DNA of 64,000 nt from Candidatus Dojkabacteria bacterium (GTDB lineage: Bacteria > Patescibacteriota > Dojkabacteria > J137), in the NCBI GenBank assembly GCA_025999215.1, contig AP024679.1, positions 357,645-421,644 of the forward strand, in the 5' to 3' direction. Under the pieces are notes generated by a model. The model made no database searches. It had not been told where the DNA came from and saw only the letters and a program-made list of their open reading frames with translations. The position numbers and the translations under genes are program-made. Shown one piece after another: positions 9,378 through 17,889 of this stretch (positions within the stretch are counted from its first letter, which is position 1; each line of letters begins with the position of its first letter).

Positions 9378-10199
9378 TTATTTTACTATAAATTTTATAG
9401 TTCCATGTTTGCTTGTGTCAAAAATATTTTTGGTAACTTTTGATATGTTTTTGATTACATCTGGGTGAGGGTGATTGTATTGATTGTTGGCACCTGCTGA
9501 GATTATTACAAAATCAGGGTTAATGTTTTCCACAAAAGTTTCGCTGGTCGATGTAAGACTTCCATGGTGAGATGCTTTTAAAACATTTATTTTTCCTAAT
9601 TTATCGACTAATAAGTTTTCGTAATTATTACCTAAATCTCCTGCAGTAAAAATTTTGAAGTTTTTATAATTTATTAAAATTGATATTGAAGCGTCATTGC
9701 TGTCAAGATTTTCAACTAGCTCAGCATATGGAGAATTTGGCCAAACAACATCAAAAAAAACTTTATCAAAATAAAAATCATTTGAAGAGTCTAAGCCGTA
9801 AATATTTTGTTTGTTAAGCTTGTTTTTCAGTAATTTAATATAATCGTTTGACTTTGTGGTATGGTTAATAAAAATTTTCCCAACGCTATACCGTGAAAGA
9901 ATATTGGATAAATTTTCGAAATGATCAGAATCCGCATGTGTAATGATTACAAGGTCAATATATTTGATATAAGGAATGGCTTTGTTGAGGTTTTTGAGAG
10001 CTATATTTTCCTTCCCAGTGTCAATTAAAACTAAGTGATTTAAAGGGGTTTTGATTAATATACTGTCGCCTTGACCTGCATCTAAAAATTTTATTTCAAA
10101 ATTATCATTTTTAAAACTTTCAATCTGATATAACTTATACAAATTGAAAGAAAAGAAGTTTATGAGAACAAGCAGTATTAAAATTTTAGTTTTTATCAT
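9378..10199 (-). CDS. ComEC-associated metallo-beta-lactamase-fold nuclease, encoded as a separate gene
   Basis: FLDAGQGDSILI, ITHADSDH, AGD, ASHHGS, YNHPH; N-terminal TM; overlaps comEC. Confidence 0.88.
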   Translation of the reverse strand: MIKTKILILLVLINFFSFNLYKLYQIESFKNDNFEIKFLDAGQGDSILIKTPLNHLVLIDTGKENIALKNLNKAIPYIKYIDLVIITHADSDHFENLSNILSRYSVGKIFINHTTKSNDYIKLLKNKLNKQNIYGLDSSNDFYFDKVFFDVVWPNSPYAELVENLDSNDASISILINYKNFKIFTAGDLGNNYENLLVDKLGKINVLKASHHGSLTSTSETFVENINPDFVIISAGANNQYNHPHPDVIKNISKVTKNIFDTSKHGTIKFIVK

Positions 10200-11622
10200 T
10201 TGTTAAATATGTAAAATCAATAAGAATAAAAAAGATAATCATAATAAAAATTGCCAGATAATAATTTGAGATGTAATATTCTGGAAAGTTACTAAATAAA
10301 TTTATAGCTAAGTTAGCTATTTTAAGAATGGATTCAACCAAGCTAAATAAAATTTTTGATAAAAAAGGAATAGGGTATAAAATTATACTGATTATACTGG
10401 TTATAGTTGCTAAGCTTACAATCTCAGATATAGCTAAGTTAGCTAATATAGATATTAAGCTTTGCTGATTAAAATAGTAAATCACAATTGGGCTAGTGCC
10501 TAAAAAAGCTACAGTGGATATACTTGCAATTTCTGAAATTAAACTGGGTAAATATTTTTCTAAAATAATTTTGAGTTTATTATTAAATAAAATTATTGAT
10601 AGAGTTGCCATAAAAGATAACTGAAAGCTCACATTTTTGAGAGTTAAAGGGTTTAATAATAAAATTATCATTAAGCTTAATAGTAATCCTTGAAGTGAAA
10701 GTTTAGGTCTTCCGAGTAGTTCAGAGAAAATTATAAAGCTTATCATGATTGATGCTCGCATTGCCGGAAAATTTGTTGTTCCAACGAAAAGTAAATAACT
10801 TAACATTACAAAGAAAGATATGAATAGTAAAACTCTTCTGTTAATTTGTTTTTTGAGTGACATAATAATTGAGAATATGATCATAAAATTAAAACCAGAT
10901 ACGGCCACTATATGAGAAGTTCCGGTTTTTTGAAGCATTTGTTTGTATTCGTCAGAAAATTCATTATCAAAACCAGTAGTTATTCCAACGAACAAAGCTG
11001 TTTCTGGCTCATTAGTATTGAGTTTGATTTTATTAATTATTTTTTGTTTAATTTCGGCAAAAAAAAGAATAATGTTTTTTTCATTTTGTAAATCAACAAT
11101 TTCACCTTCCGCTTCCAAAAAAATATTTTTAGAATTTAAATATTGAACATAACTTTTATTATATTTTTCAGTAATAGGATTAATTTGTAACTTAACGCTT
11201 AGTTTCTGTCCTGGCAAAAGGGTAGGGTATTTGTTTAATTCAGTAATAACATTAGATTTTAAAGTTTCAACGTTTAGAATCACTCTCTGTGAGTAATTAT
11301 TTTGTTTACCTTCCTCAACAACTGTTGCCTGGTATATCTTTTCTTGATAATTAAGCCGAGTTTCGTTAATTCTATCATTTACATAATTTTGTGTGAACAA
11401 ATAAGCAAATAAAAAAATTCCGAAAATTACAAAAATTTTTAAAAATTTTTCTTGTATTAAAACTAAAATTACGAGACAGAACCCAAAAAGATAATTAAAG
11501 CTTGATAAAACTCCAATTACAAAAGAAAGTTCAATTAATCCAATCGTATTTCTCGAAATATCTTTAACAAAAAAAATTATTCTAAAAGGAAGAAATTTAA
11601 AGTAGTGTAAAATTTTTTTCAT
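10186..11622 (-). CDS. comEC: ComEC/Rec2 competence membrane channel
   Basis: GTSHIVAVSGFN, AMRASIM, SFQLSFMAT; many TM segments. Confidence 0.92.
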   Translation of the reverse strand: MKKILHYFKFLPFRIIFFVKDISRNTIGLIELSFVIGVLSSFNYLFGFCLVILVLIQEKFLKIFVIFGIFLFAYLFTQNYVNDRINETRLNYQEKIYQATVVEEGKQNNYSQRVILNVETLKSNVITELNKYPTLLPGQKLSVKLQINPITEKYNKSYVQYLNSKNIFLEAEGEIVDLQNEKNIILFFAEIKQKIINKIKLNTNEPETALFVGITTGFDNEFSDEYKQMLQKTGTSHIVAVSGFNFMIIFSIIMSLKKQINRRVLLFISFFVMLSYLLFVGTTNFPAMRASIMISFIIFSELLGRPKLSLQGLLLSLMIILLLNPLTLKNVSFQLSFMATLSIILFNNKLKIILEKYLPSLISEIASISTVAFLGTSPIVIYYFNQQSLISILANLAISEIVSLATITSIISIILYPIPFLSKILFSLVESILKIANLAINLFSNFPEYYISNYYLAIFIMIIFFILIDFTYLTNDKN

Positions 11623-12161
11623 AAAGTTATAAATGGCTTAAGTTTATTGAGTGTTGCTTCACCTATTCCTGGAACTTTCATTAAATCATTAATTGAGCTG
11701 TAAGGTCTATTTTCTATGATTTTTTGGGCTGTTGATTCTCCAACTCCATCAAGAGCAACAAGTTCTGATAAACTGGAAGAATTTATGCTAACTTTGTTGA
11801 TAGTTTGCTCTAAATTTTCAGAATTTTTAAAAGGTATATAAATGTGCATTCCATCATTTACTTTTTGTGCAAGATTTAATTGTTCATTTACATAAGAGAT
11901 GTCATATTCATCACTGAAGCCACCTGCCAATTGAATTATATCCCAAACTCTTTGATTTGCATTTATCTCATAAATTCCAGGATTCATAACCGCCCCTGAA
12001 ACATAAACTACTTCCTTAGTAAAAACACCACTAACTGGTTCTTTATCAATAAAAGTCAATTCACCCTTTGACTCAAGTGATAAATAAAGAGAGAAAAAAG
12101 TTGAGCTTATTAAGAGTAACAAAATAAGAAACCACAAGCCTATTTGGAAAGACTTTTTCAT
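11619..12161 (-). CDS. comEA: ComEA DNA receptor (TM-SLBB-HhH)
   Basis: VYVSGAVMNPGIY, LNLAQKVNDG, LDGVGESTAQKII, VPGIGE. Confidence 0.92.
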   Translation of the reverse strand: MKKSFQIGLWFLILLLLISSTFFSLYLSLESKGELTFIDKEPVSGVFTKEVVYVSGAVMNPGIYEINANQRVWDIIQLAGGFSDEYDISYVNEQLNLAQKVNDGMHIYIPFKNSENLEQTINKVSINSSSLSELVALDGVGESTAQKIIENRPYSSINDLMKVPGIGEATLNKLKPFITL

Positions 12162-12193
12162 AAAAAATATTTAAAAATTATTTTTTGTGGGGG

Positions 12194-12979
12194 TTACCTA
12201 GTATAAATTTCTATAGACAATATAACTATATCTTGTGTTGGAGTAGGTTTTTTGGGGTCGGAATTATCCACAGGGACAGAGTTTATTGTATCAATTATAT
12301 CACCTCCTGATACAACTTTACCAATCACTGTAAATTTTCCATTCATTTCTTCAATTCGTGGATCATCAACTTGAGCAGTAACGATAAAAAACTGTGAACT
12401 ATTGGTATTTGGACCACTTGATGCCATGGCTACACTCAATCTTTCAAGGGGGGCTGATAGTAATCCAGGTGTTGATTCATAACCATCTTTTTTTAATTTT
12501 TCTCTTTTCTCTTGTGACAAGTCAAGGGCATCCCAGTTTATTTCATCCTCAATAAAATATCCAGCATTACCTTTTCCATCGTTTGTTGGATCATCATCTA
12601 AAGTATTTCTATCGCCCATTTGGAAAAGTAGATTAGGTATTAGCCTGTGAACTTTTGTTTGGTTGTAGTATTTTTTGTTAGCAAGAAAAACAAAGTTATT
12701 AACATTTTGAGGAGCTCTCTTTTCGTATAAGTCAATTGTAAATTCTCCAAAATTTGTTCTCACTCTTGCAAAATAATCTGACTGTGTAGATATAATAAAA
12801 TCTGGCCTTTCAGCAAATTTTATGGGGATAACATCATCTAGTGTTTTTTCTTGATAAATGAGCGGAACCCATATTTCTCTAGAGATTGTAAACAACAATC
12901 CAAACATAATTATGATACCAATTAAGTAAAACCATATTTGGTTATCTTCCTTAAACATAATTTTGCCGTATATATTCAA
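12194..12979 (-). CDS. Membrane-anchored cyclophilin-type peptidyl-prolyl isomerase (start possibly 12958)
   Basis: APQNVNNFVFLA, HRLIPNLLFQMGD, AMASSGPNTNSSQFFI. Confidence 0.9.
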   Translation of the reverse strand: MNIYGKIMFKEDNQIWFYLIGIIIMFGLLFTISREIWVPLIYQEKTLDDVIPIKFAERPDFIISTQSDYFARVRTNFGEFTIDLYEKRAPQNVNNFVFLANKKYYNQTKVHRLIPNLLFQMGDRNTLDDDPTNDGKGNAGYFIEDEINWDALDLSQEKREKLKKDGYESTPGLLSAPLERLSVAMASSGPNTNSSQFFIVTAQVDDPRIEEMNGKFTVIGKVVSGGDIIDTINSVPVDNSDPKKPTPTQDIVILSIEIYTR

Positions 12980-13670
12980 AAATAATTATTCCTGTCGCTA
13001 CACTCATATTGAGTGAGTTGATGTTGCCAAATTGCGGTATTTCTAAAATTTCATCACATTGCTTTCTAATAGCTTCACTTAGCGATTTATCTTCACCCCC
13101 TATTATAAACAAAGCTTTTTTATCAATATTTGTTTTACAATAGATTTTACCATCTCTTTCAATTCCATATATCCAAAATTCATTTTTTTTCAAAGTTTTT
13201 ATTGTGTTAAATAATGAATCCCTAATGATAGGTAAATTAAATAGTGCGCCAGTAGAAATCTTAATTGCCTCAGAGGTTATATTTTGCTTTGGAGGTATTA
13301 TTATCCCTCTAAAACCAGCAACTTCTGCTGTGCGGGCAATGGCGCCTAGATTTTGGGATAGTTGGCTTTCACTTACATATATAAATGCGTTATGTTTGAA
13401 AGATTTACTTTGATTTAAAAATTTTTTGATTGATTGATAAGTTCTCAATTCAACTTCAGCTACAATTCCTTGATGATTAGCTTTTGAAGTTAAATGATGT
13501 AGTGACTGCAAACCAATCTTTTGAATGGGAATTTTTTTTAAATTAGCAATATTTATAATTTCTTTTATTTTTTGATCAACTTGAGTTCCTTCTTGAAGTT
13601 TTATCTCAAAAACCCGCGTACTATCTGATCTTAGCGCTTCTAAAACTACATTTCTACCATATACCAACAT
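12951..13670 (-). CDS. rlmB: 23S rRNA Gm2251 SPOUT methyltransferase
   Basis: YGRNVVLEAL, NHQGIVA, NLGAIARTA, SLNMSVATGI. Confidence 0.9.
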   Translation of the reverse strand: MLVYGRNVVLEALRSDSTRVFEIKLQEGTQVDQKIKEIINIANLKKIPIQKIGLQSLHHLTSKANHQGIVAEVELRTYQSIKKFLNQSKSFKHNAFIYVSESQLSQNLGAIARTAEVAGFRGIIIPPKQNITSEAIKISTGALFNLPIIRDSLFNTIKTLKKNEFWIYGIERDGKIYCKTNIDKKALFIIGGEDKSLSEAIRKQCDEILEIPQFGNINSLNMSVATGIIIFEYIRQNYV

Positions 13671-13673
13671 ATT

Positions 13674-13934
13674 TTATTTTTGTAAAACTATCTGAGGGTT
13701 TTTTTGATGTTGAGACATTTTTTTTAACTTCTTATACATTTTCATGGAAACTTTAATTGTCACTGGAGTACCGTTCATTACAACTTTTAGCTTCCGCAAG
13801 TTTGGCCTCCAAGTTCTGTTAGTTGTTGGCGCTTTAAATCTCCATTGTCCACCTCCCCCCGAAGAACCTCTTCTGTGTTTTTTACTGTGGCCAAAGGCAG
13901 TTTTTTTACCGCTTAAATCACATTGTCTAGACAT
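13674..13934 (-). CDS. rpmB: 50S ribosomal protein bL28
   Basis: MSRQCDLSGKK...RTWRPNL with a Gly-rich insert. Confidence 0.93.
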   Translation of the reverse strand: MSRQCDLSGKKTAFGHSKKHRRGSSGGGGQWRFKAPTTNRTWRPNLRKLKVVMNGTPVTIKVSMKMYKKLKKMSQHQKNPQIVLQK

Positions 13935-13958
13935 AGTTTAATTTATAAAAGCTAACGT

Positions 13959-13996
13959 ATTTTAACAAAAAAAAATAAAATGTCAAAAATTTGACA
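13959..13996 (-). promoter_or_regulatory. Sigma70 promoter for rpmB overlapping the tRNA-operon terminator
   Basis: TTGACA (13986-13981), 16 nt, TAAAAT (13964-13959) preceded by TGT; the same bases form the hairpin UGUCAA-AUUU-UUGACA plus a U-tract. Confidence 0.7.
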
Positions 13997-14069
13997 AGCC
14001 ATCACGCGGGCTTGAACCGCGGACCTCACCCTTACCATGGGTGCGCTCTACCAACTGAGCTATGATGGC
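13997..14069 (-). tRNA. tRNA-Thr (GGT)
   Basis: GCCATCA/TGATGGC stem, anticodon arm CACCC-ATGGTAA-GGGTG. Confidence 0.95.
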
Positions 14070-14079
14070 AAGGATTAAA

Positions 14080-14163
14080 TCCGGGGTGAAGGATTCGAAC
14101 CTCCGTAGCCCTGAGGGCGCCTGATTTACAGTCAGGTGCAATTGACCACTCTGCCAACCCCGG
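14080..14163 (-). tRNA. tRNA-Tyr (GTA), long variable arm, C1-G72
   Basis: CCGGGGT/ACCCCGG-A73, anticodon arm CCTGA-CTGTAAA-TCAGG, V-arm GCCC-TCA-GGGC. Confidence 0.95.
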
Positions 14164-14180
14164 TTTCTCAGTAGGAACTG

Positions 14181-14253
14181 AGCTGGAGGAGGGACTCGAA
14201 CCCTCGACCCGCTGTTTACAAAACAGCTGCTCTACCAGCTGAGCTACTCCAGC
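14181..14253 (-). tRNA. tRNA-Thr (TGT)
   Basis: GCTGGAG/CTCCAGC stem, anticodon arm CTGTT-TTGTA..AACAG region with TGT, GTTCGAGT T-loop. Confidence 0.95.
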
Positions 14254-14394
14254 TCAGTTCTTACTAAAGTACGGGTAAAGTATAACATACTTTTATTATT
14301 TCGAAAAAATATTTTTATTGTAGTTTGATACAAAGAAATACCAATTTAATTTAGGTATAAGTAGATAATATTTTTCAAAAATTTTCAATTTAAA

Positions 14395-15435
14395 ATGAGA
14401 AAGAGAGCTAGTTTTGTAAATTACTTATTGAGTCATAACGGTGTAGGCAATATGACTGTAGTTAAGTTGTTTAGATTATTTCCAGATTTTAATGATTTAG
14501 TAAATAATTTTGAAAAAAATGAAAAAATACCTAATGATATAAAAAAAATAATTTTCAAGGCTTTATCGCAAGAAAAAGAAGAAGAGGATAATATAATTAC
14601 AATTTGGGATGCTGTTTATCCAAATTTGTTAAAACAAATATATGATCCACCAGTTAGACTTTTTTATAAAGGTAATTTAGATTTTTTAAATAATGTAGGT
14701 ATTAGCATTGTTGGAACAAGAAAATCAAGCGCTTACGGAAAGAAAGTAACGCAAAAATTAATAGAGTTTTTGGAAGGTTATCCTGTATTTACCGTGAGTG
14801 GCATGGCATTAGGGATTGATTCTTTTGTTCATTATGAAAGTTTGAAAAGAAATATAAAAACTGTTGCTATTTTGGGTTCTGGTATTGATAATATAACTCC
14901 TAAATCTAATCAAGCACTCTTTGATGAGATTGTGCATAAGGAAAATCTTGTCTTGAGTGAATACCCCAATGATACAAATGTAGTTCCAGGAATGTTTGCA
15001 TCAAGAAATCGTATCATTGCAGGAATGTCGAAAGTTACTGTTATAGTTGAAGCGGGCCAAAAAAGCGGCGCCTTGATTACAGCTCGATTGGCGCTAGATA
15101 ATAACCGAGACGTATTTGCAGTTCCTGGAAATATTTTTTCAGAAATGTCAAATGGCACCAATATGCTTATAACTCAAGGTGAGGCTTGCTTGTTACATAA
15201 TTTTAATCAAATTTTGGAAGCGCTTAATTTAAAAAAAATAAGCACATCAAAATCAAATAGACCCAAATTAAGACAAGATTTGGAAGAGTTGCTAGATATT
15301 TTTCAAAAAAATAATATGCTAACACCCGATGAAGTAGGTAAAATTACTCAAAAAAACAACTATTTATCACTTTTAGGTGAGCTGGAGCTTTTAGGACTAA
15401 TTGAAAGAGTTGGAGGCGCTTATACTTTATCTTAG
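14395..15435 (+). CDS. dprA: DNA-processing protein DprA
   Basis: IYDPP, SIVGTR, VSGMALGID, RNRIIAG, VEAGQKSGALITA, AVPGNI. Confidence 0.95.
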   Translation: MRKRASFVNYLLSHNGVGNMTVVKLFRLFPDFNDLVNNFEKNEKIPNDIKKIIFKALSQEKEEEDNIITIWDAVYPNLLKQIYDPPVRLFYKGNLDFLNNVGISIVGTRKSSAYGKKVTQKLIEFLEGYPVFTVSGMALGIDSFVHYESLKRNIKTVAILGSGIDNITPKSNQALFDEIVHKENLVLSEYPNDTNVVPGMFASRNRIIAGMSKVTVIVEAGQKSGALITARLALDNNRDVFAVPGNIFSEMSNGTNMLITQGEACLLHNFNQILEALNLKKISTSKSNRPKLRQDLEELLDIFQKNNMLTPDEVGKITQKNNYLSLLGELELLGLIERVGGAYTLS

Positions 15436-15490
15436 AAACTCTTTTTCTCTGTAAAATTTTGCTATTAATTTTTTAATCATAATTCAAATT

Positions 15491-15519
15491 TTGTAATATC
15501 GTCAATGTCGTGGTAGAAT
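15491..15519 (+). promoter_or_regulatory. Sigma70 promoter for topA
   Basis: TTGTAA-17 nt-TAGAAT with extended -10 TG. Confidence 0.6.
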
Positions 15520-15561
15520 GCCCGGAGTTTACAAGATAAAATTTTGTGTTAAATTAGATTT

Positions 15562-17766
15562 ATGAATTTAGTAATAGTTGAAAGTCCATCAAAAGCCAAG
15601 ACTATTTCAAGGTACTTAGGTAAAGACTACAAAGTTATTGCTTCAAAAGGGCATGTGGTAGATCTTCCAAAATCAAGTTTGGGAATAGACATAGAAAATA
15701 ACTTTGAACCGCAGTATGAGGTTACAAAGCCTGCTGTTTTGAAAAATATAAAAAAAGAGCTAAAAAATTGCGATACAGTTGTTCTTGCAGTAGATTTGGA
15801 CCGTGAGGGTGAGGCCATAGGTTGGCACATTGCGAATAAGCTTAATGTTATTGATAAAAATGCTAAACCAAAAGGCAGTAAAAAAATTTTAAGAATCGTT
15901 TTTAGTGAAATATCCAAACAAGCGCTTCAAAATGCTTTAAAAAATCCTAGAGGAATAAACATGAACCTAGTAAATGCTCAACAAGCGCGCAGAGTATTGG
16001 ATAGATTGGTTGGGTATAAATTATCACCGCTACTATGGAAAAAAATACAGTTTGGTTTGTCGGCTGGTAGAGTGCAATCGGTAGCTTTGAGGTTGATTGT
16101 GGAAAAGGAAGAAGAAAGAGAAGCTTTTGTTGCAGAAGAATTTTGGAATATAAATGTTTATGCTCAAACTAAAAAACATAACAAAAGCATCAAAACAGAC
16201 ATAGTTTTGGCAGACAATAAAGTTGCACCAAATGATGATACTTCTAATTTAATAAATTTTTCACTAACCAAATACAAAAATAAAAAAATAAAAATTGAAA
16301 ATGAATCTCAGGCGAAAGAAATTTTAAATTCTATAAACCAAAAAGTTTGGGAAATAAGTGAAGTTAATAAAACTGAAACACTAAAAAAACCTTCTCCGCC
16401 ATTGATTACTAGCACGCTTCAAAGAGTTGCGGTTAATAAATTTGGATATAGTGCAAAAAAAACTATGAATATTGCGCAAAAGCTCTATGAAAACGGTTTT
16501 ATTACATACATGAGGACTGATTCAACTCATATGTCTAGTGATGCTATTACAAAAGCAAGAAGTTATATTCAAAAAAGTTTTGGAGAAAAGTATCTTAATG
16601 AAAAAGTTAGAAGCTTTAAAGCTAATTCCAAAAATGCTCAAGAAGCTCATGAGTGTATTAGACCTGTTGATTTTAAATTAACTCCAAAAGACTTAAATTT
16701 AGATCAAGAATATAAAAATATTTACAAAATAATTTGGTCGTATGCCTTAGCTTCCCAAATGGCTCCTGCAAAAATTGAAAATATAAAGGTAAAAACCTTG
16801 ATATCAGATTACGAATTTGAAGCTCTGGGCAGTAGAATAATTTTTGATGGGTACTTGAAGGTTGTTGAAACTAATTTTAGTGAAAAAAACTTGCCTGATT
16901 TAAAAGAATCTCAAGAAATTTATCCAGTTTTGTTGCATGCTCAACAAAAATTTACAACACCACCTGCTCGTTATACTGAAGCAACACTTATTAAAAAACT
17001 TGAAGAGTTAGGAATTGGTAGACCTTCTACTTACGCGAGTATTATATCTACTATTTTATCCAGAAAATATGTTGAAAAAATTGATAGATATTTGGCACCA
17101 ACTGATATGGGTAGGGTTGTAAATGCTTTATTGACAAAATATTTTCAAGAGATTGTAGATTACAACTTTACTGCTGAAATGGAGGAGAGTTTGGATTTAA
17201 TTGCCAACGGTGAAAAAGATTGGAAAGAGATGATTAAAAATTTTTATTTCCCTTTTGAAAAAAAATTATCTGAAAATGAAAAATTGATAACACGTGATGA
17301 ATTTAAAATTTTTGGAAAAGCTGATGAATCTATCAAATGCCCTAAATGCTCAAAACAAATGGTAATTAAATTAGGTAAAAACGGTAGATTTTTAAGCTGT
17401 GTAGACTTTCCGGACTGTGATGGAATTAGATCAATTGATGGTAAAACGCAAAAAGAAATAGAAAATGAATCTCAATCAGAAGAGTTTAAACAGACCTACA
17501 AACCTGCTCCTCAGACTGAGGATGGGAGATCTTATGTTCTGAAAGAGGGTAGATATGGAAAATTTTGGGCACATCCAGATTATCCTAAAGTTAAAGATGC
17601 AAGACCTTTGGAATTTACAGATGAAAAAATTAAAGAGATTTATGGTGATCCGCCTAAAACTGATGATGGTAGATTGTATATACTCAAAAAAGGTAGGTTT
17701 GGAGAATTTTGGGCACATCCTGACTATCCAAAGGTTAAAGATATAAAAAAAATTAATAAAAAGTAA
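15562..17766 (+). CDS. topA: DNA topoisomerase I
   Basis: LVIVESPSKAKTI, DLDREGEAI, SAGRVQS, ITYMRTDS, GIGRPSTY. Confidence 0.98.
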   Translation: MNLVIVESPSKAKTISRYLGKDYKVIASKGHVVDLPKSSLGIDIENNFEPQYEVTKPAVLKNIKKELKNCDTVVLAVDLDREGEAIGWHIANKLNVIDKNAKPKGSKKILRIVFSEISKQALQNALKNPRGINMNLVNAQQARRVLDRLVGYKLSPLLWKKIQFGLSAGRVQSVALRLIVEKEEEREAFVAEEFWNINVYAQTKKHNKSIKTDIVLADNKVAPNDDTSNLINFSLTKYKNKKIKIENESQAKEILNSINQKVWEISEVNKTETLKKPSPPLITSTLQRVAVNKFGYSAKKTMNIAQKLYENGFITYMRTDSTHMSSDAITKARSYIQKSFGEKYLNEKVRSFKANSKNAQEAHECIRPVDFKLTPKDLNLDQEYKNIYKIIWSYALASQMAPAKIENIKVKTLISDYEFEALGSRIIFDGYLKVVETNFSEKNLPDLKESQEIYPVLLHAQQKFTTPPARYTEATLIKKLEELGIGRPSTYASIISTILSRKYVEKIDRYLAPTDMGRVVNALLTKYFQEIVDYNFTAEMEESLDLIANGEKDWKEMIKNFYFPFEKKLSENEKLITRDEFKIFGKADESIKCPKCSKQMVIKLGKNGRFLSCVDFPDCDGIRSIDGKTQKEIENESQSEEFKQTYKPAPQTEDGRSYVLKEGRYGKFWAHPDYPKVKDARPLEFTDEKIKEIYGDPPKTDDGRLYILKKGRFGEFWAHPDYPKVKDIKKINKK
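17515..17742 (+). repeat. Internal direct repeat (about 84 bp, 144-bp period) in the topA 3' end
   Basis: TEDGRSYVLKEGRYGKFWAHPDYPKVKD and TDDGRLYILKKGRFGEFWAHPDYPKVKD. Confidence 0.9.
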
Positions 17767-17775
17767 AAAACCGGT

Positions 17776-17866
17776 TTGCAAAACCCAGTCAATTTAGTTA
17801 TAATTTAATTAAACCAGCACGCATGAGTTTTCCTTGCTTCAAAACATTGAAGTTATCATGCGGAAG
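17776..17866 (+). promoter_or_regulatory. rpsB promoter and structured 5' leader (S2-leader-like)
   Basis: TTGCAA-17 nt-TATAAT (17776-17804); stem CGCATGA/TCATGCG (17820-26/17856-62) enclosing CTTCAA-AACA-TTGAAG. Confidence 0.7.
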
Positions 17867-17889
17867 ATTTTATTTATTAAAGGAAATTT

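Noticed and set aside
12264-12272. Perfect DnaA box inside the PPIase gene (and TGTGAATAA at 612-620)
   Set aside because: Isolated single 9-mers, compatible with chance in AT-rich DNA
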